NCBI GenBank assembly: GCA_001643675.2
Contig: LSRY02000003.1
Coordinates: 1,302,001 to 1,366,000, forward strand
From: Monocercomonoides exilis PA203
Lineage: Eukaryota; Protista; Preaxostyla
Length of the DNA stretch: 64,000 nt
Reading direction: 5' to 3'
Shown: positions 62,182 through 64,000 of the stretch, one piece after another
Position numbering within the stretch: position 1 is the stretch's first letter
Layout: every line of letters begins with the position of its first letter
Notes under the pieces: model-generated
What the model was told of the DNA's origin: nothing
Database searches by the model: none
The model's input: the letters and a program-made list of their open reading frames with translations, nothing else
Made by a program: the position numbers and the translations under genes

Positions 62182-63777
62182 ATGATGAACAATGTAATTT
62201 TCGCTTTTATTTTCATGAGAATATATTCAAAAGTTAAGCTTTATAAATAAATTACATAAATTAAATAAGAACATCATGCATTTCCACTATTATTCGACAG
62301 GTTTATTTTATGGAGACATTTGATAATGTTTCTATTGGAACGAAATGGATTATCTCTCAACAATCCAATTACACTGGAAATTGGTCAATCGAAAATAGAA
62401 CAAATGATGTTATTGATGTGAATACAGAAGGTTTGATTATAAAAATTTCTAGTTTATTTTTTTTAACTTTTAACAATTTTTTATCACAAAGGCCTTGTAT
62501 TAAAGACTGAAAGTTCAATGGACGCTATATCTGCAAAGACAAATTTCTCATTTAACTCTGATATTTTTATTATCCAATACGAGATTAAAGTGCAGAGACA
62601 TCCTTTCATATGCGGAGGTGCATTCATCAAAGTATTCAATGAGGAATATGAGCAAAAAGCCCTTAGTACTGATACGAGGTATTCGGTTATGTTTGGACCC
62701 GATAGATGCGGAAAAAAGGACAAGATTCAATTTGTTTTGCAAATTAAAAATAAAGAAGATGGAAAATGGAGAAAGCACATATTTACAGGAGATATTCCAG
62801 GAATTTGGGATGACATGTCACATGTATACCGGCTGACTATTGTTAGAAGCGATTATTTTGTAATTTCAATTGATGGAAAAGCTAAAATTAATGAGACATT
62901 TTCAAACAATCATTTTTCACCTCCTTTGAATTTTGAAACTCTAAAATCAAATGACGAACCAGCCATTGGAAATGCGAACGATGATCAGAAACATTTCCTT
63001 TCACACATTGGCCCTGTGAAGGGTGTTGGTTTTGTTCTCCATGCGATTAAAGCAAATCTTTTGTTTGACAACATTTTGATATGCGACAACGAGACAATGG
63101 CTAACATCTTTCTGTTGGGAACTTTTGTTCCAAGAAGACGGTTGGAACTAAAGAGGAAGCAAGAATTGTTAATAAAGCAGAAGGAAGGGCTTACGAGAAT
63201 GCTGAAAGAAGAATGGAAGAAGGCAAAAGAAGAGAGGAAAAAAAAGAGAGAAGAGAATCCAGAAAAATTCAGCCTTTTTGAGAAGTTTGTCAATTGGTCA
63301 GAAGATAAGCTGTTGCTTGCTTCGTCTGCTGTCTTCCTTGTTTTAGCATTTTTTGTGCTATTGGCGATGGGATGTTTTCAAGCATGCAAACTGTATTGTC
63401 GAACGCTGCCAGGAAAATCCATCGAGAATAAAAAGAGAAATTCACAATGCAAAACAAGAAAAATAGAATTTTCAAGAAATTCTCAACCGCAGCAAACGGA
63501 AGGATTTGAAAGGGGAAAACGGAATAAACAGAAGGAATTTAAAAGAAAACCATTTGATGTGCTGATTGATGAAGAGAAAGCGGAAGAAGAGCAACAATGT
63601 GGAGATGAAGATAGCAGTGTTTCCGATGAAAGCGAAAGTTTTTCAGAAAGTGATGCTTCAAGCTATGACTCTTCGACAGACAAAGATGATGAAACAGTAA
63701 TCAAAAAAGATGCATCAAACAGAAAAGAAGAAAAAAATTGTTGCAACAAATCCAACAAGAAAGTTAAAAAATTGTGA
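62182..63777 (+). CDS. Calnexin-like ER membrane lectin lacking the P-domain
   Basis: Introns 62233-62300 and 62431-62491. Signal-peptide-like N-terminus; VYFMETFD..KWIIS, IIQYEIK..CGGAFIK, YSVMFGPDRCG, HVYRLTI, LLFDNILI; TM LLLASSAVFLVLAFFVLLAMGCF; acidic tail ending KVKKL (KxKxx). Confidence 0.88.
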
Positions 63778-64000
63778 AATATTTCTCTTTAACTGATGAA
63801 ATAAGTTCCGGATTATTACGTTTCAAAGCAGTTTATCTTTCTGTATTGTTTCTACAGGGCAAAAAGAAAAAATTAAGGAAATTATTTTTATTCTTGAATT
63901 CAAAGAATAAAACGTTTCAGATTTGATTCTATTTGAATAATTGTGCACAAATGAATTCATATTTCTAATGTTTTGCAATTTTTGTTCAAGATGTTAAGTG

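Noticed and set aside
1-64000. Alternative genetic code (TAA/TAG = Gln, as in some oxymonads)
   Set aside because: Conserved genes have no in-frame TAR codons and several end at TAA (PABP, NVL); Gln is encoded by CAA/CAG.

Overview
AT-rich, intron-rich eukaryotic genomic DNA in the standard genetic code. Gene style (short GT-AG introns, poly-Ser/poly-Glu-inflated proteins, giant repeat-ectodomain/kinase-like surface proteins) most resembles an oxymonad such as Monocercomonoides; this is inferred from recalled families, not a database result. All gene models were spliced by hand. Left to right: 3' part of an SMCR8-like DENN gene; an intronless ~9.1 kb single-pass surface protein with a C-terminal pseudokinase; a nest of non-autonomous TIR elements (16.4-21.3 kb); a VAMP7-like longin SNARE head-to-head with a divergent poly(A)-binding protein; a lebercilin-like coiled-coil gene; a candidate C/D snoRNA; a Ser/Pro-rich gene; NVL/Rix7; QTRT2; a large low-complexity coiled-coil gene; two pseudogenes; a lineage-specific helical protein; a helical+SPRY-like gene head-to-head with a calnexin-like gene. 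Top observations: a 3.36 kb element with ~140-bp TIRs that encloses a broken fragment of the surface-receptor family (Pack-type capture), a calnexin with no P-domain, an R-SNARE with no zero-layer Arg, an NVL with an apparently dead D1 ring, and about one third of introns ending in AAG.
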